From contig JANRKO010000043.1 of the NCBI GenBank assembly GCA_033763455.1, forward strand, positions 32,001 through 96,000: a DNA stretch of 64,000 nt. The letters are read 5' to 3'. The number at the start of each line of letters is the position of its first letter. The first letter of the stretch is position 1. Below, piece by piece: positions 19,306 to 29,400 of this stretch. A program made the position numbers and the translations under genes. The notes under the pieces are model-generated. The model was not told the DNA's origin. It was given only the letters and a program-made list of their open reading frames with translations, and did not search any database. The DNA comes from Polyangiaceae bacterium (GTDB taxonomy: Bacteria > Myxococcota_A > Polyangia > Polyangiales > Polyangiaceae).

Positions 19306-21846
19306 TTACGGTCTTTGAAGTGGAGCCCACTCGCTTGCTGGCACGACGGGAGTATTCGGGAATAGGCGTTCTACTGCACTATTCCGACCCCGAACGAGCT
19401 GGATGACGCCACGCGCTAAGGGCGCACCTCCTTCGGAGAGGCCAAGCTTTCGGGCAAGAAGCAGGATCGTATCGGCTCCTTGAAGCTTCATGAAGTCAGA
19501 GAACTCGGGCCCAGAAAGCTCCGCAGCACCCGGGAGCTCGATGACCAGCAGCATGCCTTCACGAGTGACGGCGAGCGCGCCGGTGGCAGCGGTTAGCCGG
19601 GGGTCCGTGTCGGCCCAACCACTGGTAAGCCACTGAACGCTTTGCCCGTTCGGTGCCAACTTGGAGATGACGAATGCCCCGTCAGCCAGCCAGAGGCTTG
19701 AGCTGCCCACGAAGGGCTGCGTCGGCGTCCGCAGCGCGCAGACAAGGGAAGGGGAGGCGGGCACATCTCGCACGACCTCGAGGAGCTTTGGGTCCAGAGA
19801 GATGGCCGTGGCTGCGAGCGTGGGCTTTTTGGGGCTAACACGGATCTCGGTTCGAGCAAGAGCCGGGGGCCAGGCCTTGGGCCCCGCGTGGCTCGTTGAC
19901 CACTGGCCTTCATTGGGTAACGGCGGCGATATAACGCTTGTGAGCGCCGGCCCCGGTAGTAGCTGCTTCAATGTCAGGTAGAAAAAATCGCGCGTTTGAC
20001 GCGTTAAATAGCGCGGGAAATGCATCAGCGACATGTATCTGAGCATGCGCCGCGCCTGAAACTCGTATCCGGGCAGCTCGGGCACGCTTCCCTGGCTTTC
20101 CCACTCGGGTTCAAGTGCGCGGCGTAGGATGGGCAGTTTACCCGCGCGCTCAATGTGGTAAAATTCAAGCCCTACATGCCCCGGGTTCATGTCCAGGTGC
20201 ACACCGTAGTCGCAACGCGCCTGTTGCATCGCCGAGCTAAGTTGCTTCGGCGCTAACGCGTTTCCGTAAAAATACGCCACGAATGCCTCACGCGTCAGGC
20301 ACAGCCCACTGCGAAGAGTGCGAGCATCGTCTTCCCAGCCTTCGGGCGTTCCTCCCCAGAAGTGCCGAGCGTAAGGATTCTGAACCCCATCTGCGATGAG
20401 CGGCGTTAAATTTTGTCTCAAGGAAATGAAACGTGGACCTGCTGGCGTGGGGGTGGCGGGCCAGGTTCCGAAGCCTGTGACACCCCCCGGCAACTCTGCG
20501 ATGGTGGCGGCAAACGGCTTTGGGGGGATCAGTACTTCGCCTTCGCTCTTCATTCCAAAACGACCATGGCGTCCCAAAAAAGCGCCGTTAAAGGCAGCAA
20601 CCAAGTGCCCGATGCGTGCTCTCGGTATCAGTCCGGAACCTGTGACCCCAGTCGCGGATCTCGGTTCGTCCGTGCCACTCACTGCGGACAGCGCCACTTG
20701 CCTCGGGTCCCAGAGCGTGATGTACACCTCCGACATTGGTTGGTTCCGATCGGTTCGCAGGAATGTTGTAGCGAACGGATTCGGATAGGTGGCATTGGTT
20801 TTGATGAAGGGATCACCTTCAAGTGATCGCCATTCCCCTTCACCAGGCAGCGATGGCGTAGCCAGGGGAGCGAGGGCCAACGGCGGAAAGCCCAGTTCTA
20901 GCCTCTGCTCTTCCGTCCGCGCCGCTTCCACACGCCTGGGGGGGCCGAGCTCGGCCTGGATTTCCTCCGCACCGTTGTCGGAGCTCTGAAACACACCGCG
21001 GGCGCGCTCCAGGAGCTTGAACCCCAGGGCTTTTAGCAGTTGCACTTGCTCATCGCCGACCCAGGAGATCGCACGCAGGCGGTCGATTCCCCAGTTAAGC
21101 AGGCGGGGGGGTAAGGCCTGGGCCTTTGGGTACGCGCGCACGGCATCGAACTTCGATTCCGAACCCATCGAGCCAGGTACAAATTGGGTGTGTGTGCCAC
21201 GGAGGAGCGCCAGCCTGTCTCGATCGAAGGCGTACGCGTCGGGTGCATCGTTGGTTTCAAAGAGCAACGTGGTGCGCCGAATGCCAGTCCAGGTTCCGGC
21301 TTCTTGAAGGTTGGTTACGCCAGCCTGAAGTCGAGCGAGCCAGGGCCAGTCGAGCGGGGGCGCTTGTCCAGAAAGATCGAGAAACCCGAGTCGCACGGAC
21401 CCCGCGGTGCCAGCCGTGAACAACACTCGGCTTCCTGCGACCTTTACCCGCGATTCGTCTGCCGCTTCGGTGTCGGTGAGCGTGTAAACGTCTGTTGCTC
21501 GCAACAGGTACCCTTCGGGCGAAAGCTCGCCTTTGACGAGAAATAGGTCATTGGGAGAGCCTTTGGTGTGAGCTCTTAAAAGCGCGCTGATGCCGCGGCG
21601 TAGCCCTGGAGATTGGTCGAGGATGCGCACTTCCTCGGGGCTAGCCTCCCGAGCTTTCTCTGCTCTTACGATACCTACGAGGGCCCTTCGGATATCGCGT
21701 TCATGAGTGATGGCTGAGGGTAGGGTGGTCTGCGTCGCTGCAGCCACGCCAACGCAAAGGGCCACGACAGCGAGGCGATAGCCGTATCGCGTTTCCTGCC
21801 TACGTTTGTGGCTACTTGGGGCTTGAAACGTCAACTCAGTTGGCAC
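19306..21846 (-). CDS. Large exported protein with a phosphodiester-glycosidase (NAGPA/DUF2233)-like domain
   Basis: LVAAFNGAF, TLRSGLCL and GVHLDMNPG motifs; N-terminal TM. Confidence 0.55.
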   Translation of the reverse strand: MPTELTFQAPSSHKRRQETRYGYRLAVVALCVGVAAATQTTLPSAITHERDIRRALVGIVRAEKAREASPEEVRILDQSPGLRRGISALLRAHTKGSPNDLFLVKGELSPEGYLLRATDVYTLTDTEAADESRVKVAGSRVLFTAGTAGSVRLGFLDLSGQAPPLDWPWLARLQAGVTNLQEAGTWTGIRRTTLLFETNDAPDAYAFDRDRLALLRGTHTQFVPGSMGSESKFDAVRAYPKAQALPPRLLNWGIDRLRAISWVGDEQVQLLKALGFKLLERARGVFQSSDNGAEEIQAELGPPRRVEAARTEEQRLELGFPPLALAPLATPSLPGEGEWRSLEGDPFIKTNATYPNPFATTFLRTDRNQPMSEVYITLWDPRQVALSAVSGTDEPRSATGVTGSGLIPRARIGHLVAAFNGAFLGRHGRFGMKSEGEVLIPPKPFAATIAELPGGVTGFGTWPATPTPAGPRFISLRQNLTPLIADGVQNPYARHFWGGTPEGWEDDARTLRSGLCLTREAFVAYFYGNALAPKQLSSAMQQARCDYGVHLDMNPGHVGLEFYHIERAGKLPILRRALEPEWESQGSVPELPGYEFQARRMLRYMSLMHFPRYLTRQTRDFFYLTLKQLLPGPALTSVISPPLPNEGQWSTSHAGPKAWPPALARTEIRVSPKKPTLAATAISLDPKLLEVVRDVPASPSLVCALRTPTQPFVGSSSLWLADGAFVISKLAPNGQSVQWLTSGWADTDPRLTAATGALAVTREGMLLVIELPGAAELSGPEFSDFMKLQGADTILLLARKLGLSEGGAPLARGVIQLVRGRNSAVERLFPNTPVVPASEWAPLQRP

Positions 21847-21980
21847 TCTAACTCGGTAGCTTGAGGCTGGTCGCCCGGGTTCAAGCAGACTACCACCGAC
21901 TTTTTCGCAGGAAGAAGAATACCTGCGTGGCGTTTCGGTACGGCCCGCAGTTCGGCACGCGGCGTGCTAATGTGCACCCG

Positions 21981-22313
21981 ATGTTCCGCCGCCGCGCCCT
22001 ATTTGCCGTATCACTCGCGCTGGTCGGAGCGAGCTGCCTTTCCCCCACCTTGCCGCTTCCGCCGCCAAGTCAGCCCTCCGTACAAGGGCCGGACGCCAAC
22101 GGGCAGGTTCGCCTGTCTGGAACAGTCCTTCCGCGGTCTCAGGTGGTGGCTATCAACCTACGAACCGACGAAATCGCGGGGCAGAATACCGAGAGTGGAA
22201 GTTACGACTTCATGATTCGCGCGCAGATCGGGGACAACCTCAGCTTCTTCTACATTACCAAGACTCACGAAAGCTCGCCGCTCAATTTGGTAATCCGCGC
22301 GCCGCAGCCTTAA
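21981..22313 (+). CDS. Small lipoprotein, beta-sandwich
   Basis: MFRRRALFAVSLALVGASC lipobox. Confidence 0.7.
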   Translation: MFRRRALFAVSLALVGASCLSPTLPLPPPSQPSVQGPDANGQVRLSGTVLPRSQVVAINLRTDEIAGQNTESGSYDFMIRAQIGDNLSFFYITKTHESSPLNLVIRAPQP

Positions 22314-22383
22314 GTGTGTTGCTCGGCTCAGCCGTGGCCCCGCCCCAAGAGCGCTGGCGTGTTGCCCATCATGGGCTGCCGAT

Positions 22384-23844
22384 CTAGGCCAGTGTTCGCA
22401 GGGGCCGGCGACTGGGATTTGTGGGGGCGCGCTTGTGCCGCACAGCAGCGACCGGAAGGAGTGGTTCTTCGTCCAAGACCTCGGCGTGTAGATCGTAGTC
22501 CTGGGCCTCTACCACCTCGGCCCGCCGGATCTCTCCGGGAAGTGCGGGACCGGACAAGAACACTTGGCCGTCGATATCCGGCGCCTGCCCGCGGTGACGC
22601 CCCACCATGACAAGTTCGCTTTCCTCGCTTGGCCCTTCCACCAAGATCTCAAGTGTCTTCCCGATCAGAGCGTCGTTAATTTCGCGGCTAATCGTGCGCT
22701 GGACTTCAGTGAGCTCAAGGGCTCGCTCGTGGGCGAGCTTAGGATCTACCTTTCCGGCAAGCTCAGAAGATGCGGCGCTACTCTCATCCGAGTACTCAAA
22801 AACACCGACTCGATCGAAGCGTGCCCACTTCACAAAATCCACTAGCTCTCGAAACTCCGTTTCGGTTTCGCCTGGGTGCCCCACAATGAAGGCGGTTCGG
22901 AATGTGAGCTCCGGTACGTGGGTGCGCAAGCGTGTAACGAGGTCGCGCAACCGTTGCCCACCGTGGCCACGCTTCATCCTTCTTAACATGTTATCTGCCG
23001 CATGTTGGATTGGCATGTCCACGTACGGCACGACTTTCGGGTGATTCGCCAAGAGGTCCACGAACGCATCATCTAATTTTTCTGGGTATAAGTAGAAGAC
23101 ACGGACCCAGTGCACCCCGTCGATATCAGCGAGCTCACGAACGGTGTTGGCTAAAGTGCCGCCGTCTTTCAGATCGCGCCCGTAAGCTACGGTGTCTTGT
23201 GACACCAGGTTGAGTTCGCGCACTCCGAGATCCACCAAACGCTTGGCTTCCGAGACGATGTCGATAGCCGTGCGGGACCGTTGTTTACCTCGGAGTTGCG
23301 GAATCACGCAAAATGAGCAGCTGCGATTGCAGCCCTCCGCCAGCTTCAAATACGCGCTCGCGCCCCGGGTGCTGAGAGTCCGCGGGTCATCCGCGCTTAC
23401 GACCCAATCCTGCGGTCTGCCCACGAACATGCGAGGGGCGGTGCCGCCGAAGACGTCTTTCATGCGCAGCATGTCGCTTGACCCCAAGAAGTGGTCGACC
23501 TCTGGCATCCCTTCGGCCAACTCGTTCGGGTACCGCTGGCTCAAGCAACCTGTGACCACCAGCCGTTTGCAGTTGCCGGATGTTTTTAGCTTGGCGAGCT
23601 CCAGGATGGTTTCGATGCTTTCTTGCTTGGCGGCATCGATAAATCCACAAGTGTTCACCACGATCACTTCGGCGTCCTCGGCGTCGTTCACCTGCCGATA
23701 CCCGGAAGCTTCAGCCACCCCCAGCATTACCTCCGAATCAACCCGATTTTTCGGGCAGCCAAGGCTCACAAAGTGTACCTTGCCAAAACCCGAAGAGGCT
23801 GCCTTCGTGCCGGCCTTCTTTTTGGGGGCAGTGGTAGAAGCCAT
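22384..23844 (-). CDS. rimO: Ribosomal protein S12 methylthiotransferase
   Basis: SLGCPKNRVDSE, NTCGFI, CNRSCSFC radical-SAM motif, QAPDIDG TRAM end. Confidence 0.95.
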   Translation of the reverse strand: MASTTAPKKKAGTKAASSGFGKVHFVSLGCPKNRVDSEVMLGVAEASGYRQVNDAEDAEVIVVNTCGFIDAAKQESIETILELAKLKTSGNCKRLVVTGCLSQRYPNELAEGMPEVDHFLGSSDMLRMKDVFGGTAPRMFVGRPQDWVVSADDPRTLSTRGASAYLKLAEGCNRSCSFCVIPQLRGKQRSRTAIDIVSEAKRLVDLGVRELNLVSQDTVAYGRDLKDGGTLANTVRELADIDGVHWVRVFYLYPEKLDDAFVDLLANHPKVVPYVDMPIQHAADNMLRRMKRGHGGQRLRDLVTRLRTHVPELTFRTAFIVGHPGETETEFRELVDFVKWARFDRVGVFEYSDESSAASSELAGKVDPKLAHERALELTEVQRTISREINDALIGKTLEILVEGPSEESELVMVGRHRGQAPDIDGQVFLSGPALPGEIRRAEVVEAQDYDLHAEVLDEEPLLPVAAVRHKRAPTNPSRRPLRTLA

Positions 23845-23855
23845 GTTGTTCGGAA

Positions 23856-24992
23856 CTATCCGTTCATTGCTCGCGTGAAGCGCTCGAAAAGGTAGAGGGC
23901 ATCGTGGGGGCCAGCGGCCGCCTCGGGGTGATACTGCACACTGAACGCGTTTGCTTCGGGGGCTTCCAGACCCTCGCTGGTGCCATCGTTAAGATGAATA
24001 TGAGTGCTCTTGGCGAGCGCTCCGAGAGATCCTACATCGACCACAAAACCGTGATTTTGACTGGTAATTTCGATGCGCCCAGTCTTCAGATCTTTTACCG
24101 GTTGGTTAATGCCTCGGTGACCGAACTTGAGCTTGTAGGTCTTGGCTCCAAGGGCGAGGCTCAACAACTGGTGCCCCAAACAGATCCCAAAAATCGGCTT
24201 TTTACCCAAAAGCTCTTTGATAGTCTGGACGGCGTAGCCTACGGCCGCCGGATCGCCTGGCCCGTTGGAGAGAAAGATCCCATCCGGGTTTTGAGCTAGA
24301 ATATTAGTCGCGCTGGTGCTGGCGGGCACGGCTGTTACGTCGCAGCCGGCGTCTACCAGGCAACGCAAGATGTTGCGCTTCATTCCAAAATCTAGCGCCA
24401 CCACCTTGTGGCGTTTGGCGAGCACTGGTGCTGGCGTTGCGCCGATCTCAAAGGGGGTGCCCCATATGCCGCGCGATTCTGAGAAGTGGTACGCTTGTTT
24501 GGGCGTTACCCTGGCGACCAGATCGAGGCCTTCCATGTTGGGGGCCGCTCGCGCGCGATCTACAAGTGTTGCTGGGGCTTCCGTTCCAATGCAGGCGTTC
24601 TGGCTACCGTGGTCCCGTAGGTGGCGCGTGAGTCGCCGGGTATCCACCCCGGTGATAGCGACGATATTATGCCGGGTGAGGTACGCTTCTAGCGTCTCCT
24701 CCGAGCGCCAGTTGGAGACGATGGGGCTGAGGTCGCGCATCACGAATCCTGCTACTTGCGGCGCGCCATCAACGCTCTCAGCATCTTCGCTGTTGATGCC
24801 CGTATTGCCAATTTGCGGGGACGTCATCGTTACCAGTTGCCCCGCGTATGACGGGTCGGTGAGTACCTCTTGGTACCCGGTCATGCCGGTAGTGAACACC
24901 GCTTCGCCCAAAGTGTGGCCCGCGGCTCCGCACGCGAAGCCGTCGAATATCGTCCCGTCTGCTAGGGCTAAGTAGGCGCGTTCTCGCTTCAT
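23856..24992 (-). CDS. carA: Carbamoyl-phosphate synthase small subunit
   Basis: TGMTGYQEVLTDPSY, SNGPGDP, GICLGHQ, QYHPEA. Confidence 0.97.
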   Translation of the reverse strand: MKRERAYLALADGTIFDGFACGAAGHTLGEAVFTTGMTGYQEVLTDPSYAGQLVTMTSPQIGNTGINSEDAESVDGAPQVAGFVMRDLSPIVSNWRSEETLEAYLTRHNIVAITGVDTRRLTRHLRDHGSQNACIGTEAPATLVDRARAAPNMEGLDLVARVTPKQAYHFSESRGIWGTPFEIGATPAPVLAKRHKVVALDFGMKRNILRCLVDAGCDVTAVPASTSATNILAQNPDGIFLSNGPGDPAAVGYAVQTIKELLGKKPIFGICLGHQLLSLALGAKTYKLKFGHRGINQPVKDLKTGRIEITSQNHGFVVDVGSLGALAKSTHIHLNDGTSEGLEAPEANAFSVQYHPEAAAGPHDALYLFERFTRAMNG

Positions 24993-25009
24993 ACAGTTAC
25001 TTCTCGAGC

Positions 25010-26332
25010 TTAACGGACGTGGTGAGCGACGGCCCCGTGGGCAATCGTCATCAACACTTTTCCGGTGAGCTCCTTTCTGAGAAAAGGGGTGTTGTGGCTT
25101 TTGCTTTTAAGGTGATTCGAATCAACCAAGAAGCGCGTTTCAGGGTCCACCAACGTAAGGTTGGCCACGCTTGCCGGTTTTAGGGTCGGTGCCTCAATTC
25201 CAATGATTCGAGCGGGTCGCAAAGAGAGCGCTTCAATCAGTCGGGTGAGCGTGAAATGGCGCTCGCGCACCAGGCCAAGCATCAGGGCAAAAGAGAGCTC
25301 AAGCCCGATCAGCCCGGGAGAAGCCGCAGAGAATTCGCAGTCCTTCTCAAGTGGGGAATGGGGAGCGTGGTCGGTCGCGATGGCGTCGATGGTGCCATCG
25401 GATAGGCCTTCTCGCAGCGCATCCACGTCTTCACTTTCGCGGAGCGGTGGATTGACTTTGCAGGCCGTATCGTAGCCGAGCAGCGCTTTGTCGGTGAGCA
25501 GAAGATGATGAGGGGTTACCTCGCAGGTAACCTGTATCCCGCGGCTCTTGGCTTCCCGCACGATCCTCAAGGCTCCGTGAGTCGAGATGTGCGCGACGTG
25601 GTACCGGGCCTTTACGTACTCAGCAAGCAACACATCGCGTGCGACGATGACGTCTTCGGCGACGCGGGGCCAACCCCGAAGCCCAAGCTGAGCGCTTACG
25701 GCGCCCTCGTGCATTTCAGCGCCGGCCGTGAGTTCATGATCTTCAGCGTGTTGGATCACCAGGAGGTCGAAATTTTTGGAATATTCGAGCGCCCGACGCA
25801 TCACGCCGCTTGACGTGACGCACACCCCGTCGTCGCTCACGGCCACGATGCCGGCCTCTTTGAGCTCCGCCATCTCGGTGAGTTGTTTGCCCGCTTGCCC
25901 TAGGGTGATGGCGCCGATGGGGTGGAGCCTGGGGCCACCGATTTCGCCTGCGCGGCGCAGCATCATTTCGGTTACGGCCCTAGTGTCGTTCACCGGGCGC
26001 GTGTTCGGCATCACGCACACGTGCGCGTAGCCGCCAGCGGCCGCGGCTCGTAAACCGGAGGTGATGTCTTCCTTGTACTCGTGTCCGGGCTCGCGCAGAT
26101 GAGCGTGGAGATCGACGAATGCCGGCAGCAGCCATTTCCCGCGTCCGTCGATGACTTGTGCACGCTCAGACTGTATCAATCCAGCCCCGGCGCCTTTGCC
26201 AGCGCGAGTAATGACTCCCTGTTCGATCACGAGATCCCCTTGCTCGTCGATACCACGGGCGGGGTCAAAGAGCCGGACGTCTCGGAAAATGATGAGATCA
26301 GCGGGGCTTGTCACGGCGGCGGTTGATAGCAC
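25010..26332 (-). CDS. pyrC: Dihydroorotase
   Basis: DLHAHLREPG, MPNT, CEVTPHHL, KVNPPLR, ATDHAPH. Confidence 0.95.
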   Translation of the reverse strand: MLSTAAVTSPADLIIFRDVRLFDPARGIDEQGDLVIEQGVITRAGKGAGAGLIQSERAQVIDGRGKWLLPAFVDLHAHLREPGHEYKEDITSGLRAAAAGGYAHVCVMPNTRPVNDTRAVTEMMLRRAGEIGGPRLHPIGAITLGQAGKQLTEMAELKEAGIVAVSDDGVCVTSSGVMRRALEYSKNFDLLVIQHAEDHELTAGAEMHEGAVSAQLGLRGWPRVAEDVIVARDVLLAEYVKARYHVAHISTHGALRIVREAKSRGIQVTCEVTPHHLLLTDKALLGYDTACKVNPPLRESEDVDALREGLSDGTIDAIATDHAPHSPLEKDCEFSAASPGLIGLELSFALMLGLVRERHFTLTRLIEALSLRPARIIGIEAPTLKPASVANLTLVDPETRFLVDSNHLKSKSHNTPFLRKELTGKVLMTIAHGAVAHHVR

Positions 26333-26450
26333 GCCCCACCACTAGGGGGCAGAGCTTTGGCTACGAGTCGTTTTATTGAGCTGGGTGACCCCTGCCAGGT
26401 TTCTTGGCGCCGCGATCTCGCCTACTGTCGGGTCAGCTGGAGCGAAGAAA

Positions 26451-29400
26451 ATGGCCGACGATTCCTCAAGTCCTACGAGCAAGGCACCGCCACCCCCGCC
26501 GGTGCGTTCTTCTGTGTCCAAGGCTCCCCCACCTTCCCCCCACGGGCGGTTGGTGAAACCCAAGTCGGCCCTGCCACCGCCACCGCCACCCCGCCGGTCC
26601 GATGTTTCGACGCCATCGCGGCCGCCACCTCCGCCGGTGCGTTCGGCGGCTCCGGCACCGGTGGAGGTCCCGCTCTCGGTTTCAGAGCCCGAGGTACCCA
26701 AACTCGGAGTGGAAGCTCCCCAGGTCGATGCTCCCGTGGATATTGCGCCCCCGCCGTCGATGGATGCGCCGCTGCCTCGCCGAGTATCCTCGATCCCTCC
26801 ACCGCTGCCCTTTGCAGATTCGGCAGTTTCGGCGCCGATCCCATCCCCGCTTCCCGCATCTTCGCCGCCCGTCATTCCGCAGCTCTCCCAGCCGGAAGCT
26901 GCTTCCGGTAGCGGCGTCTCGCGGCCTGCGCCGCCGGTCCGCACCGCTCCCTCTAGGCCACAGGCCCCGGCCGCTGCCACTGGGTCAGTTGCAACGCCGA
27001 GCCCGCTTTCAGTCATTGGTGAAGCACAGGCCGTGGGGCCTTTAGTCCCTGCCGCAAGTTCGCTTGGGGCCTCGGAGGCTGCGGCAAAGGTCGCTGCCCA
27101 GGCTTTTGGTAGTCGGCCCGCTCCGGCAACTGATCCGGGTAGTCAAGCGCGCAGCTTGCGCAACGCGGAAGATGTCGTGGCGCTTTGTTTGGCGCAGTTG
27201 GAGCGCCGTCCCGAAAAGACGCGTGAAGCGCGACTGCATTTTGAGTTGGGGCGCCTTTACGAATCGCCGCTCGGCGACGCGGCCAAGGCGGCGGAGCACT
27301 ACATGCGCGCTCGCACCGCCGTGGCTGACCATCGACCGACGTTGAGCGGCGCTCGCCGAGTGCTCATTATCCTCAAGCAATACCAGCAGGCTTTGCCGCT
27401 GTTTGATGAGGAGATCCGGCTCGCACCAGATCAGCGTGAGAGGGCCGTGCTTCTCTATCAAAAGGGGCAGCTCTTGGAAGATCAGATGGGGCAGAAACGG
27501 GAAGCTCGCGAGGCTTATCAAGCGGCTGCGGCCCTTGCGGCGATGGATGCCACTTTCCTGAAAGCAGTTGAACGAAGCGAGGCCCAAGCTGAGGCATGGG
27601 ATGCGCTCGACAAGACCCTGGAAAGTCTTGCGAGCGCCGTGAGTGAGGACATTCGTTATCGCGCAGCCCTCATTGCGGAGCGCGCACGGTTGGTTGAAAC
27701 GAAGAAGGGCGATCCGGTCCGTGCCACGGAGCTCTATCGAGCGGCGTTCCAGCTAGATCCCCGAGCCCCAGGTGCGCTCGAAGCCCTCAAGCGACTTCAT
27801 TACGCTCAAGCCCAATTTCTGGACCTTGCGCAGGTCTTGGAAGAAGAGGTGAGGCAACTCAAGCGGGCAGAAGATCGCGCCCTTAGCCTGCTCCAACTTG
27901 CAGAGCTGCACGCCAGCAGGTTCGGCAACCACGAGGCCGCCGAAAACGCGCTGATGCGCGCCCACAAGGAAACCCCGGAGGATACCCACATCTTGGAGCG
28001 CTTGGCGTCGCTCTTTGAACGCCACGAACGACATGAAGATTTGGTCTGGGCCCTTGAGCGCCTTGAAAGCCTAGCTTCTGGGCCCGAGGAGCACGTGATC
28101 TTGCTCGAGCGTATCGGACGAATTTGCGAAAAGGAACTCGGGCAGGGCGATCGGGCCGTTGCCTATTACCTGCGTGCCTTGAGCTACAACCCAGGGTATC
28201 GGCCCGCACTCACAGCGCTCGGGTGTCTCTATGAGAGCAAACAAAAATGGCTCCCATTGATCGACATGCTGCAAAAGGAGGCGGAGGTTATTCTAGATCC
28301 GCTGCGCCGGGCCGCTTGTTACGCACGAGTTGGGGAGGTGTTCGAGGTCGAGCTCGGAGATGCGGGGCGGGCGGTGGAATACCACGCGCGAGCACTCGTG
28401 ATCGTTCCGGGTTATGAGAGCTCGTTCAAAGCTCTAGTGCGCTTGTACTCCGTAGCTGGGAAATACCGCGACCTCGTGGAGCTCTACGAGGGTGCGGTGG
28501 AGTCGGCCAAAGACAACGAGGGCCGCATTACGTACCTCTTCAAGATTGGCCGTATTCACGAAGATGCACTTGGCGAGCCGGCGCAGGCCGTGTTCGCATA
28601 CCAACGCATTCTGGCTCTGGATGCCAAGATGGTCGCCGCCATGCACGCGATCCAGCGCGCTGCGGAGCGTGGGGGGCGCTTTAAGGATCTTGTCAAAGGC
28701 CTCATCGATGAGGTGGCGGAGGTTCAAGAGAAAAGCATAAAGGTGCAGTTGCTGCACCGGGCAGCGGAAGTTACAGAACGAAAGCTTGAAGACGATGACG
28801 CCGCCTTGGCGCTGTATCGCACCATCGCCGAACTCGATCCGGGGTACTTGCCCGCCCTCGTCACTCAAGGCGAGCTCCTTCTGCGCCTTGGGCGCTTCGC
28901 GGATCTTGTCGAAGTCTACCGCGCAGAACTCAAAGTAACACCTAAGGGACCGAAGGCTGCCACGGTGCTCCACAGGATTGCGGAGGTCTTGGAGCGGCTC
29001 CCCAATCGGCAAACGGAGGCTGTTGCCAGCTATCGCAGCGCCGTGGAGATGGATCCCTTTAATCAGGCCGCGCACCGCTCTCTTCGCAGAAAGCTCTATG
29101 AACTGGCTCAATGGCCCGAGCTCGTACGGTTGCTTGAGCTTGAGCTGAGCGCGACGAAGGAACCGGAGGAACGGGCACGAGTTTGCGCGAACCTCGGTGA
29201 AATCTTCGAAAATCGACTAGCGCGTGCGGACAAGGCGCTCGCGGCCTACGAACAAGCGCTACAAGCGGATCCGGGTTGCGGTAGCGCCAACGACGGCCGT
29301 CGCCGGCTGCTCGCTCAGGCACAAGATCGAAAACGGCTGGTGGAGGTGCTGGAGAGCGAGGCCGAAACAGCGCTTGACCCAGCGCTCGGCATAGCTGCTC

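Noticed and set aside
26342..27016. Gly-rich minus-strand ORF
   Set aside because: It is the mirror of the Pro-rich N-terminus of the TPR gene.
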